From Nemertoderma westbladi (taxonomy: Eukaryota; Animalia; Xenacoelomorpha), in contig JAUCBJ010003534.1 of NCBI GenBank assembly GCA_032718475.1, positions 1-34,709 of the forward strand: 34,709 nt of DNA, given 5' to 3'. A model generated the notes under the pieces. It worked only from the letters and a program-made list of their open reading frames with translations, had not been told where the DNA came from and ran no database searches. Below, in pieces: positions 1 through 11,104 of this stretch; the first letter of the stretch is position 1; the number at the start of each line of letters is the position of its first letter. A program made the position numbers and the translations under genes.

Positions 1-47
1 CCATGCTATCTTTAATAATATGATGTTAATTATTTATTATATTAATA

Positions 48-888
48 ATGAAATTATATATAATAATATTCCTCGCACTAACTGATGTTATTCTCGGGTT
101 CAAGTATAATGGATATAAACTAGTCGAACCAGATGGATCTAACTTTACGAGAGAATGTTTAGTTAAAGAAGACAGAGAATCAATTCGAGTACAAGTTAAT
201 TTTATTATTGACAAGCAAAGTGAATTAAATATTCTCGATGTATTAGAATTAGAAGTTAATGTAAAATTTGGTAAAGATCAAAACATACGAGTTCGGAATG
301 CAGCCAACACCGATAGAGATGATTGCTACAATAATAATAATAATAAAATCGGTTGTAATGGATGGAATACTACAGAGTATATAAGTAGCAACACAGCCGG
401 AGCTGAAGGAAATATAACTGTTGGGTTGAATCCTCCTGTTATTGAATCTATACCGGAGGTATTGGAGATAAAAATAATATATTGGATTAATAGAACGCAT
501 TCGGAAAATCTCCAAGAAAACGCGGCCATATCCGATGATCCCACTAACCCACTTATAATAACTCTTCCACCCCAATGTAAAGCTGATACTAAACCAAAGT
601 GTAGCTGCTTAACGAGTTGTACTTATATAGAAGGCAGTTCAGCTACATTAACCTGTAAGTTATCGGATTGGGTACCGGTACCGGTAGCTGGAAGTACATC
701 AGGAGATTCTAGATGGAGTTGGTATAGTAACGGAGTTGCTATTGGTGGAGTCGTAACTAAACCAGAAGATCCATTGAGTATAAATAGAGATCTAAGTCGA
801 GGAGACAATGGGGCAGAGTTTACATGTGAGGCGAGGAATATAGCTATAGAAGATGATAAATCCTGTACCACTACGATCGTAGTTCAAT
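48..888 (+). CDS. Exon 1 of Ig/FN3 single-pass membrane receptor (signal peptide, unassigned N-terminal domain, Ig-like domain)
   Basis: ATG at 48 followed by hydrophobic MKLYIIIFLALTDVILG. Ig pattern GSSATLTC...WSWY...DNGAEFTCEARN. Phase-1 donor T|GTAAGT at 888/889 joins exon 2 to give VVQY-KP, a typical Ig boundary. Confidence 0.85.
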
Positions 889-1236
889 GTAAGTTTGAGA
901 TATCCACTTAAGGTTATATAATGTTACAATATATTAAGTTACATACGATCAGTGTCAGTGAACATCAGACTGTAGACTGGGGTTTCTGAGACGGCTGGAG
1001 GCATTCTGAGGAAGCCAAGCCGGAAAATGACATAAAGAGTTGAAGTCCAAAATAGGGAAAAAAATGGTAGTGAAATATAGAGAGAAGTAGAAAAACTCAG
1101 CACCACTAGGAAGTTTGCGCCAATCATTTTTCTTATTGTTATGAACTGGGAAAATATATTAAAGCTTTATAAAAGCAGAAAAAACAAGGTTGTTGGAATG
1201 AGGCATAGCCTACTGTACTGTATGTGCAAGGGTATA

Positions 1237-1370
1237 TGTACAAGCCCCAAAGCCACAGAGAGAGGTGAGAGGTCAAACCACCTCGGAGGGAATACAGCTA
1301 GTAGAGGCTAGCAGCGGAGGGGAAACACTCACAGTGTGACGGGATCGAGGGATCCCGACCGGATTTGGTT
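1237..1370 (+). mobile_element. Truncated LTR-like fragment, a diverged inverted relative of 1735-1835
   Basis: Starts TGTACAAGCCCCAAAG and shares blocks GAGGT.AGAGGT, CACCTC.GG and AGCAGCGG...GGGGAAACACTC with the reverse complement of 1735-1835. Confidence 0.4.
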
Positions 1371-1835
1371 TGCTACGCGTCACCGTGTTTACCCTTGGGT
1401 GCCGAGGCCGAGGCCGTTGTAGTGAAACAGTAAGAATTGATTGATGTTCCTTGATGTTCCTTGTTATTCAGATAATGATATATATATATATATATGACAC
1501 AGTAAGTTACAGTTAGGCAGCAATAATAGATTGACAAGATATGTACCAGTATAGCAGTATTGGGTGACGATGACGGTGCAAAGATGTCACCGGTGTTCAC
1601 TGAGTGACTGGGTAAACTAACTGAATGATATAACACCGACCGGTAATATACTACACTACCTTTGGCCGTGTTACTCAGCTGATGCCCTGCTGTCCCCCCA
1701 TTGGCCGACAACCTAATTCTCGCCTTTTCTACTGCAGGAGTGTTTCCCCCCCCCCCCCCCCGCTGCTGTTACTTTCCTTCTCCCCGGAGGTGTAACCTCT
1801 GACCTCCATTGTGTGAGGCCCTTTGGGGTTTGTCA
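1371..1835 (-). mobile_element. Putative 3' LTR of the intron-1 BEL/Pao element
   Basis: On the minus strand it reads TG ACAAACC...GTAG CA, preceded by a short purine run (AAACGGGGA). It contains a (TA)n TATA-like tract and lies downstream of the gag-PR frame. No second copy is present to confirm the ends. Confidence 0.45.
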
Positions 1836-2194
1836 TCCCCGTTTATTGGGGGTGATACGAGGTTGATTGAAAATCAACCTCGTACTCCCCAATATTTCTT
1901 AAAGGCACCCTTTCCAACTTTATGGGGGTTGGTGAGGTGGAATTGAATACGCTCACACTCCCCACCATGCTATCTTCCCAGTGAAAAGATAACATCAACC
2001 TTTAAGTGCGCTTCAATTCCGCTGGAACTCGATCTACTATCGGGTGTGGGGTGGAGTTATTTTCTTGGAGTCGGCTTTCCAGGCCGCTCCCTATGGGTAT
2101 GATAATGCTACCCAGTCTTGGTGCAACTTCCTATCTTGCACCAAGACATCTGACGTCTCGTGTCGAGCCAATTGTGGTCTCTCACACAATTTTA

Positions 2195-3110
2195 AAAGCT
2201 CTCACTCAACTCTGACTTCTCACTCTACTCTATCTCTAACTCCGCTCTAACTCCACTCTAACTCCGCTCTGTTCTCTCCCCACACCTGAATCGCACTCGT
2301 CCGCACTCTCTCTCACCAGCAGCTCCTCTCCATACTCTGTGCTCCTGTACTTGTGCTACCATACTATCTAACTCTCTAACTTACTAACTACTTTCTATCT
2401 TCTAACTCTCTTACTACTTATTACTTTCTAGCTTCTCTAACTCTAACTAACTCCTAACTCTACTAGAACTCTCCAACTCTCTACTAACTCTAACTCTACT
2501 AGCTCTAACTAACTCCTACTAACTCTTCTAAGTCTCTAACGCCTAACTCTACTAAGTCTAACTAACTCTTAACTCTACTACTACCTCTAACTCTGTTACC
2601 ACCTCTATCTACGTGGCGCTTGTGGTGCCCACAACCACTCTCTGCTACTACCTCCATCTACGTGGCGCTTCCGGTGCCCACAACCTCTCTACTACTACTT
2701 TCTACGTGGCGCTTCTGGTGCCCACAACCCTTCTGCTACTCGTGGCATGTTAATATGCCACACTCCCTTACCCGCCGACTTCTAACTTAGCCCAGTACTA
2801 CGTACCCTCTACTCCCGTGGTATGTTTATACCACACTCCCTATACCCCGCCACCTTCTAACGGTACCACGTACCCCCCAACTCCCGTGGTATGTCTATAT
2901 ACCACACTCCCTATACCCCGCTGACTTCTAACCTAACCCAGCACTACGTACCCTCTACTCCCATGGTATGTTTATACCACACTCCCTATACCCCACCGAC
3001 TTCTAACTTAACTTTCTATTATCTTCTAACTACTACTTACTATCTTCTACTACTTCTAACTTCTACTCACTTTCTGACTTTCTAGCTTTCTACTTACTCT
3101 CTAACTTCTA
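2195..3110. repeat. CT-rich low-complexity tract and short tandem repeats in the element's 3' region
   Basis: (CTCTAACT)-like repeats at 2195-2600; three copies of CTACGTGGCGCTT.TGGTGCCCACAACC at ~2609, 2658 and 2703; ~70-80 bp repeats containing ATACCACACTCCCTATACCCC at 2740-3005. Confidence 0.8.
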
Positions 3111-3134
3111 CTTATTTATTATTTATTTTAATTA

Positions 3135-4770
3135 AATAATTATTTGTGTGGGAAGGGCGTCTCGCCCTCATTCCCACCCCCCTCAGTCCAAAATATTGGA
3201 CGACTAAACTCTATCTAACTAGAGCGATTCTTCCAACAGGCACTCTCCCACTGCTCCCCTTGTAGGTCCTGTAGGATTCGCCACACTCTCCTCGCCAATT
3301 CCAACTCACCAGGAATTGGTTCTCCTTCTTCTGCTACCCTAAAATCGGGTTTCTCCGCCGCCTTCTTAACTTCCTCGTCTCTTGGCATCAAAATGCCACC
3401 TCCCACCTTGTTGTCTCCTGGCGGCAGAATGAAAAGAAAGTGAAAGAACAGACAAAACAGAACGTACAATAGTAGTCCTATCCCTTTCCATCCTGTCTTC
3501 CTTCTCGACTTCCCCCTTGTCGGTATGCCTCTCAACCGGACCGACATCTCTTCCGGACACTCCTCTGGACATTCCTCCAGACTATTGTCCTCCTGACACT
3601 CCACCAGACACTCCTCTGGGTTGTCCTCCGGACATCTCGCCATCCGCTCCTCTCAATCCCCATACCGATACTTGCTGGGACCCTTGTTCCATCCCATTGC
3701 CTCTAAGTCTTCCGCGTCAAATCCATTCTCCTGCGCCCACTCTCTTACTTTTACTTCCCCGCCTGGTTTATCTACCATTTCTGGTCTCTCCTCTGCGTCC
3801 TCTGCGTCTACGGTGCCTGGTAACATGCACCCTGATGTCTCCATCACTCTGGATGGAATCTTGGTTTTAACTGGGCCGCTAAGCGTCCATCCGAATGGCG
3901 TGAGGATTGCCGTTGGACCCAGAGTTTAGTGGTCCAATATTTTGGACTGAGGGGGGTAGGAATGAGGGCGAGACGCCCTTCCCACAAAAAAATAATTATT
4001 TGTGTGGGAAGGGTGTCTTGCCCTCATTCCCACCCCCCTCAGTCCAAAATATTGGATGACTAAACTCTATCTAACTAGGGCGATTCTTCCAACAGGCACT
4101 CTCCCACTGCTCCCCTTGTAGGTCCTGTAGGATTCGCCACACTCTCCTCACCAATTCCAACTCACCAGGAATTGGTTCTCCCTCTTCTGCTACCCTAAAA
4201 TCGGGTCTCTCCACCGCCTTCTTAACTTCCTCGTCTCTTGGCATCAAAATGCCACCTCCCACCTTGTTGTCTCCCGGCGGCAGAATGAAAAGAAAGTGAA
4301 AGAACAGACAAAACAGAACGTACAATAGTAGTCCTATCCCTTTCCATCCTGTCTTCCTTCTTGACTTCCCCCTTGTTGGTATGCCTCTCAACCGGACCGG
4401 CATCTCTTCCAGACACTCCTCTGGACATTCCTCCGGACTATTGTCCTCCTGACACTCCACCGGACACTCCTCCGGGTTGTCCTCTGGACATCTCGCCACC
4501 CGCTCCTCTCCATCCCCATACCGATACTTGCTGGGACCCTTGTTCCATCCCATTGCCTCTAAGTCTTCCGTGTCAAATCCATTCTCCTCCGCCCACTCTC
4601 TTACTTTTACTTCCCCGCCTGGTTTATCTACCGTTTATGGTCTCTCCTCTGCATCCTCTGCGTCTACGGTGCCTGGTAACATGCACCCTGATCTCTCCAT
4701 CACTCTGGATGGAATCTTGGTTTTAACTGGGCCGCTAAGCGTCCATCCGAACGGCGTGAGGATTGCCATC
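3135..4770. repeat. Direct duplication (856-bp offset) of the element's 3' coding part, with a fold-back inversion between the copies
   Basis: 3135-3911 matches 3991-4767 with scattered substitutions. 3921-3990 is the reverse complement of the start of each copy. Confidence 0.92.
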
Positions 4771-6850
4771 GGATCCTGCTGTCTGTCTTCGCCGAAGACC
4801 ATCTTAATTCTCTCGTGGGCCGTTGGGCAGTCCATTCCTACTATAATGGATACCTTCCTAACATCCACCTCTGGTATTGAGAAATCGATACCGTCCAGGA
4901 ATCTATATTGTTCAACCTCAATGTTGGTTGGTCGCCTGGCGTTGATATTTATCGATTCTAACACTTGGATGGGGTCGATGGTCGCCCCATAGTCACATCC
5001 CGGTGCAATCGCTGATATCCTGCACCACCCCGTCCTCATCCCCAGGACCTCATCCTTACTTGAGACGGTAGTTACCGCCATTCTATTCGGCCTCGTCTTT
5101 AGCCCTATCTCTTCGGCCACCCAGTTCTCCACCAGCGTGAAGGCTGCTCCACTGTCGACCAGCATTAATGTCATTACTGATCGACCGCCCTCTCCTGATA
5201 TCTTCACTGGTACTACCCCAAGTAGTACTTTTCTCTTCTTTCTTGCCACTGCCGCGGTTGTAGCCATTGTTTGGCCTCCAGTCTCGGACTCTCTAACTGC
5301 TGTTTCTCTACACTCTCTGGATCTGTGTCCTTCTACCACACATCGATGACATAGTCTGTTTGCGTCTGTGTAGGCTACACGATCTTGTTTGGGCTACGCT
5401 TGCCAGTGCTTACAACTCATGGTCTTATGGGTTCCATCCCGATGTAATTGACATTCGAATCCTGGATTATAGCGTTCCCTGTATAGTCCTTCACGTATCG
5501 CGCGTAGGTTTATATCTACCGATTTAGTGTTTTGGTTATCTGGACTCATCCTACTGGGTATGTTGGGATTGTGTTTATTTGTGTTGTTATTTTCTTTCTG
5601 TCCCTGCCACGGTGTGGCCCTACTCCCAGCTAACTGTGGGCTTGTAGCCCCCTGTGTGGCCGCGTGTGGTAGCGACTGTCTTACTCTCGGAAATGGATCT
5701 GCAGGATTGTGTTCGGGTTTAGGCCTATTGTATTCGGTCTTTGGCGCCTTCCCCAAACTATCCTCACTATAGACTGGGTCTGTAATTAACTCTGATTCGT
5801 AGTTGAGGAAGTTTGACATTTCCTCTAACCCTGGCTCCACACCTTTCTTCTCCCGAGTGGAGAAGGCGATCTTCCTCCACTTGCTCCGCAGTCAGATCGG
5901 CAGTGCCTGCGCTATCATGGTGATGTTGTTAGATGCGTTGAGTTCGTATGGCACGTCTAGCGTCTTCAACACGATTAGCGCCTTCTCGACTTTGTTCGCA
6001 AACGTCTTTATGCTAACAGGGTTATCCTGTAGGCCACCCGATGTTATACCCCTTAATGTCTGCCAGATGATTTTGGCTGGGTGTCCGTATTCCCTGTCTA
6101 GCGCCCGCCATGCTGTCGTGAAGCCACCCTCGATGCCCTGGTACTGCCTCACGATGTCGTATGCTGGGCCTCCTGTATACACCTGTAGATATTTTAGGCA
6201 CTCCGCCTGCGTCAAGTTCTTACTTAATATCTCGTTGTTGTACATGCGCCGAAATTGCAGGTATTCTTCCGGCCTACTTCCGTCGAATTTAAATGGCTCG
6301 ACTGGTGGTAACTCGATCCTGGTCTTTAATGCATCGATTAATGTAGCCATTCCCATCGCCTGTGCTTCCAATGGGTTCGATGGATGCTGTACAGATTCTC
6401 CTGTTGGGTGCAGTCCGCCCGTCCTGTCTGTTGACTTTATCTGAGTCGGATATATCATTGGGGGTAACGGCCCCCTCCATATTTCCGTGTCGCACGACCT
6501 GTTCTCGTCCAGGGGGTTCGATGTTCTCATTGCTGTTCGAGTATATCGTTGATATTGTAATGGGGGAATGTCACCCTGTCCCCCCCCCCCCCCCCCCCCG
6601 GTATGTTTGGTACTGGGGTTGATGTTAATATATTGGGGCCTATACATCTATCTGCAATAGCTCTCCCCTCCCCTGGATATATGTTATGTCCCTGGATATT
6701 ATAGTCATGCTGCTGTGCCGGTACCGATATAGGCCTATCCACTTCTTGCCTACCTACCGGTATGTACTCCGCGACTTCCGGGTTTAATCCCGTCGTCTGC
6801 GCTACCCTATCGCCTACTCTATCTCTCCCAGCATAACAGGAGTCATTCAC
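4071..6850 (-). pseudogene. Degraded BEL/Pao Gag + aspartic protease polyprotein with a non-canonical C-terminal extension (no RT, RNase H or IN)
   Basis: Gag FKFDGSRPEEYLQF...LDREYGHP; knuckles CQLHRDGTHKTMSC and CHRCVVEGHRSREC; protease LVDSGAAFTLV; BEL-type AILTPFGWTLSGP. ORFs 6647, 5840, 5339 and 4553 are one frame broken by stops at 5892, 5394 and 4635. Confidence 0.85.
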
Positions 6851-7224
6851 TATTGAGTTAATAGTTCAGTGTAAGTAACAATAAACTACTGTAAATATTA
6901 CCCTCCATCTCTGTTAGTAGATCAGGAGTCATTCACTATTGAGTTAATAGTTCAGTGTAAGTAACAATAAACTACTGTAAATATTACCCTCCATCACTAT
7001 TAGTAGAACAGGAGTCATTCACTATTGAGTTAATAGTTCAGTGTAAGTAACAATAAATTACTGTAAATATTACCCTCTATCACTGTTAGTAGAACAGGAG
7101 TCATTCACTATTGAGTTAATAGTTCAGTGTAAGTAACAATAAACTACTGTAAATATTACCCTCCACCACTGTTAGTAGAACAGGAGTCATTCACTATTAA
7201 GTTAATAGTTCAGTGTAAGTAACA
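6835..7224. repeat. 86-bp tandem array, ~4.5 copies
   Basis: CAGGAGTCATTCACTATT recurs at 6837, 6923, 7009, 7095 and 7181. A partial diverged unit lies at ~8127-8172. Confidence 0.95.
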
Positions 7225-8120
7225 CGTTCGTGGGGCCTTCGCGCAGCACGAGACTTGGTTAACCTAGGTTAACCCGAGAAAGCTGTAATCCGAGTGCTTG
7301 AAATTTGGTCTACTAGTTCGATAGCTTGTCTCTACCAGTTCTATTTAAGCAATGATCGTAGGTCACTACTCAAACTTTCAGATGAATCTGATTGGTTCTA
7401 TTACAGCTACTTCTACGTTTCTGGCAATTCGCCCCCTAGCGGCAGACAGAGGAACTGTAGAAGTATGTACTTGTTTAGAATTTCTTATTCTGCAATGCTC
7501 ATAGGTCACTCCTAATAAATTACAGATGAATCAATGATGAATCGATGAATAGGTTCCACCTTGGTGTAGTGGTTGCATTGAATTCACATCTCCCGTAGGT
7601 CGTGGGTTCGATCCTCAATCCTCACATGGGCCAGGGAAGTTTTCGTTTCGGCACGAATGCTTTAAAGGGACCAGCCAGAACGCATCTCTGCCTTGCATCC
7701 TTAAGTGGTAGCTAAATGAGTACTGGGGTTTCCTCTGGGGAGTAAAGTTCTGGGGGGACCGCACTGGAAATAAGTCGTGAGACTTTGTGCGTTATCCCTG
7801 GCCTAGCGGCCGAATAAAATTTACTTGGTTTATTTTACTTTTTAATCTGATTGTTGGTTCTATAAGTACAGCCAGCTCCTGCGTTTCTGTCAATTTGCCC
7901 TCTAGCGGCAGACGTATGAACTACAGCAGTCTGTGTCTCTGTATAATTTCTTTAATTTTTTTAGACTACATGTGTACCAAGTCTGGTTCCATTTCATCCA
8001 TGATTGACCGACTTATTAGCGTTCACACATTTCCGACAACAACGACAACGACGACGACGGACGGCTCACTAATTGTACTGACTGCTATGCTAAGGCTCAC
8101 CTGGACTTTGTGGCTCGCCC
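7221..8120 (+). mobile_element. Possible non-autonomous Helentron/HINE-like interspersed repeat with a SINE inserted
   Basis: Two diverged core repeats (~7390-7490 and ~7853-7955), a GTGTACCAAGT motif, and an (ACA/ACG)n-GACGG microsatellite followed by GGCTCACCTG. Its start GGGCCTTCGCGCAGCAC recurs inverted at ~31508-31524. Confidence 0.4.
7553..7840 (+). mobile_element. tRNA-derived SINE, copy 1 (near full length)
   Basis: Pol III A box TGGTGTAGTGG, B box GGTTCGATCC, body motif TAAATGAGTACTGG and a TTTAC-type tail. Two further copies occur in the window. Confidence 0.88.
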
Positions 8121-8277
8121 CACAATATAACTACTATAAATATTACCCTCCACTACTGTTAATAGAACTGGAGCTACCCAACCTGAGGGAGGCACGAAAT
8201 ACTTACTAACCTTTCCCAAGTCATTCTAAATTAGTAAATATTGTTTCATATTAAATAAAATGTTTTCGATTTCTTAG

Positions 8278-8907
8278 ATAAACCACATTGGATTCGCAAT
8301 GACACAGAGCGAACTGTTATAGGAGATGTTGGGAATGTCGTTACTCTAACATGTACAATGGAAAGTTATCCAGCTGTTATTGAATCGAGTGTTTATTGGG
8401 TTAGTCAAAATGACGTTAATAAAAAGCTGCCCGATGGTGATAAATACAGAACATCAGCTGAAGTTTTTAACTCTGATTATAAAAGTATAGCTTTTATAAG
8501 TCTAATGATATATAATGTAACGAGAGAAGATCTTAATCTAACCTACTTTGGGAAGGTAAGAAATGGTATCCCTAGCAGTAATACTGAGGTTGAATGTGAC
8601 GTTAAGTTAGAAGCTAAAGGACCTCCCAATATGCCGACTGGAGTTAAAGTAGAAGCGGTTGATAATTCCAGAGTTCGAGTTATTTGGACACCAGGATCCA
8701 GTGCAGGATATATTCAATGGTTTAGAGTTGAGTACAAAAACAGGAACGGAACAATTGGTACTAAAACCACAGGAAATACAACTGATTCTACCATAATCGT
8801 CTCAGGATTACCCAATGAACGTCATTATTTCTCAGTTGTAGTCTGTAATGAGTTCGGTTGCCAGGATCCAACGACTCCAGTTGCTGGAGAACCATCTCGT
8901 TCACATG
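8278..8907 (+). CDS. Exon 2 of the same gene: Ig-like domain plus fibronectin type III domain
   Basis: Acceptor ttcttAG at 8276-8277, in frame with ORF 8358. Ig: GNVVTLTCTMESYP...VYW. FN3: GPPNMPTGV...VRVIWTPG...FRVEY...LPNERHYFSVVVCNEFG. Phase-1 donor G|GTAAGA at 8907/8908. Confidence 0.88.
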
Positions 8908-8959
8908 GTAAGACAATTTTAGGATACATTTATTTATAAACCTTACCACTACTTATTAC

Positions 8960-10330
8960 CTTGCCATGACATGATTGGTCCTCTCTATTCCAACAGCCCA
9001 GTGTGAGATTCTGATTAGTCCTCTCTATTCCAACAGCCCAGTGTGAGATTCAGCTTCATACTAAAGCTGAGCAACAGGTTTGAGGCCCTTGCATCTGAGA
9101 CTAATCAATGTGAGGGATATACTGCGAACTCTGATAATCTGCAGATAATAAACCAACAGGTTGATGCCGCCATCAATGATGCCGATGACAGTATGTAATC
9201 ATTCCAGTCGTGGAAATCGATCAATTTGCCGACTGAGCCAACAATCCACCAAGGGTAAGGCAGAATCACCAGCTGATCGCTTCAATGGTTGGAAAGCCGA
9301 CTTTGAAGAGCTCCCCATAAACGATAAGGATTTCCCTGATAACTTTGCACAAGAAAAAGATTCTGAGTCTACACTCCCAGATATGTTCTACGCATGTCCT
9401 TAGACCATCTTATTAGAGATGGGGTGATGATAACTCCACCTACTGGCTCCAGAAGTCGAGAAAATCCTGCCAAGTACCTAACTGATCTAGACTTTGCTGA
9501 TGACTTAGGAGTACTCTCAGAATCACTAGAGGGAACCCAACGGCTCCTCAGCTCATTAGAACAGGCTGCTTCTAGTGTTGGTCTTTGTATTAACTCCAGA
9601 AAGACCAACATTTTGACAGTTAACTTTGAAAGTCCTCAGCAAGTCTCTGATCGGATGAGCATAAGCTCAAAAGATGGTATGCTTGAGCATGTGGATGACT
9701 TCTGTTACCTGGGATCATGGATCCGGAAGTCAGGTGAGGACCTTCGAATACGTAAGGGAAAGGCATGGGCAGCCTTGAATAGGCTTTCCAGGATTTGGAA
9801 GTCACCGAGAATTAATCGGAAACTTAAGGTCCGGTTATTTAGAGCAGCAGTAGTTCCAGTACTCCTCTATGGGAGTCCATGCTGGGCTCTAACTGCTGAG
9901 GACACCAAATCTCTGGACGGCACATTCACAAGATTGCTATGCCGGGTTCATTGTGTCAAGTTCAATGCACACATCTCCAACCAGACACTATATAACATTG
10001 GAGGTGTCTCATTGATTCCCCCAAGCTTGACACTAGAACAAAATCGCCTCCGCTTTGCAGGACATTGCTTTCGCCGTGAGGACCAGCCAGTGCATAATCT
10101 TGTACTTTGGCAGCCTCATGGAGTGAATACGCATGGTGGACAGCCCATGACTTTCTTGAGACGCATCTTAAAGGACACTGGCCTTGAAGATGCGGATGAT
10201 CTAGCAAATGTCATGGGTGATAGGGAGTTGTGGCGGTGCAATTTTGTCGATAAACCGGCACAGCATTCTTAAAAATACAGCTGCAATGCAGCATACCGAT
10301 CCTAGTAGTAGTTGGAGAATCGGGAAGCCT
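8960..10330 (+). mobile_element. RTE-like non-LTR retrotransposon fragment in intron 2, internally deleted; RT C-terminal half at 9394-10272
   Basis: HDWSSLF...LKLSNRFEAL linker with a 40-bp tandem duplication at 8972-9051. Jumps at ~9380 to YVLRMSL...LTDLDFADDL...VDDFCYLGSWI...RLRFAGHCFR. Confidence 0.85.
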
Positions 10331-10449
10331 GGAAGGATCTCATTTTATTATATTTTCAATGTGATGTAACCTATCTTCATTCCCAAAATATATTCAGGAT
10401 CACTTATTGTTTATTATTCTTTCACAATTTAATTTTGTTATATTTTTAG

Positions 10450-10973
10450 ATGAAACTCCTATAAAATCCTCCTCTGATGCAATTATTGGAGGTGTTGTTG
10501 GAGGTGGATTAGCAGCGATTGTTATAGTCGTTTTGGCATTTATTTTACTGATAAGATATCGGAATAAGAAACATCGCAGTCATATCTACTGTGACACAGT
10601 TCCGTTTAGACAGGACGGTCCAACAAGCATCCCGAGCCAGCCCTATGAAGTATTAGAGATACCCGCCATTATAGCAGCCAATGAGAAGTCTGTAAATCAC
10701 CCATCAACCAATGGGAATCCTCTCATTCTTACACCACTCACAACGAATAGTTGTGATGATCAGTTAACCAATGAGGATTATGTTGATTATGAATCAGTGA
10801 TACTGTCCTATGATACGAGAGATGAATCTAATATTCGGAGAAACAAGTTAACTACAGAAACTGATGCGAATTTCCAGAACACCAACACCGTGGAGGGAGG
10901 AATTTATGTGAACCAATCACAAGTTGTGGAGCCCTCAATGAACAACCAATCAAAATTTCCGAAGCAGGAATAA
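10450..10973 (+). CDS. Exon 3 (last coding exon): transmembrane helix and tyrosine-motif cytoplasmic tail
   Basis: Acceptor tatttttAG at 10448-10449, phase compatible with exon 2. TM AIIGGVVGGGLAAIVIVVLAFILLI followed by basic RYRNKKHR, then TAA at 10971-10973. Spliced CDS is 841+630+524=1995 nt = 664 aa. Confidence 0.87.
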
Positions 10974-11104
10974 TTATCTAATCCGCATTCCAACGCAGAC
11001 AATTTAAATGCTAAGGAAGTCTAGGGAATCTATTAATAGATCGAACGATACTTGTGTCATGTACATGTGTCCGCTTTTTCTCTAAATTATATTTTACATG
11101 GCTG

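Noticed and set aside
3517-6444. Plus-strand ORFs opposite the intron-1 gag-protease
   Set aside because: Antisense shadows with no independent protein features.
6835-7224. CRISPR-like appearance of the 86-bp array (and of the 52-bp array)
   Set aside because: Whole units repeat with no unique spacers, there are no cas genes, and the context is eukaryotic.
7553-7625. tRNA gene at the SINE heads (also 25881 and 31268)
   Set aside because: A and B boxes are present but I cannot fold a full cloverleaf, and each head continues into a shared SINE body.
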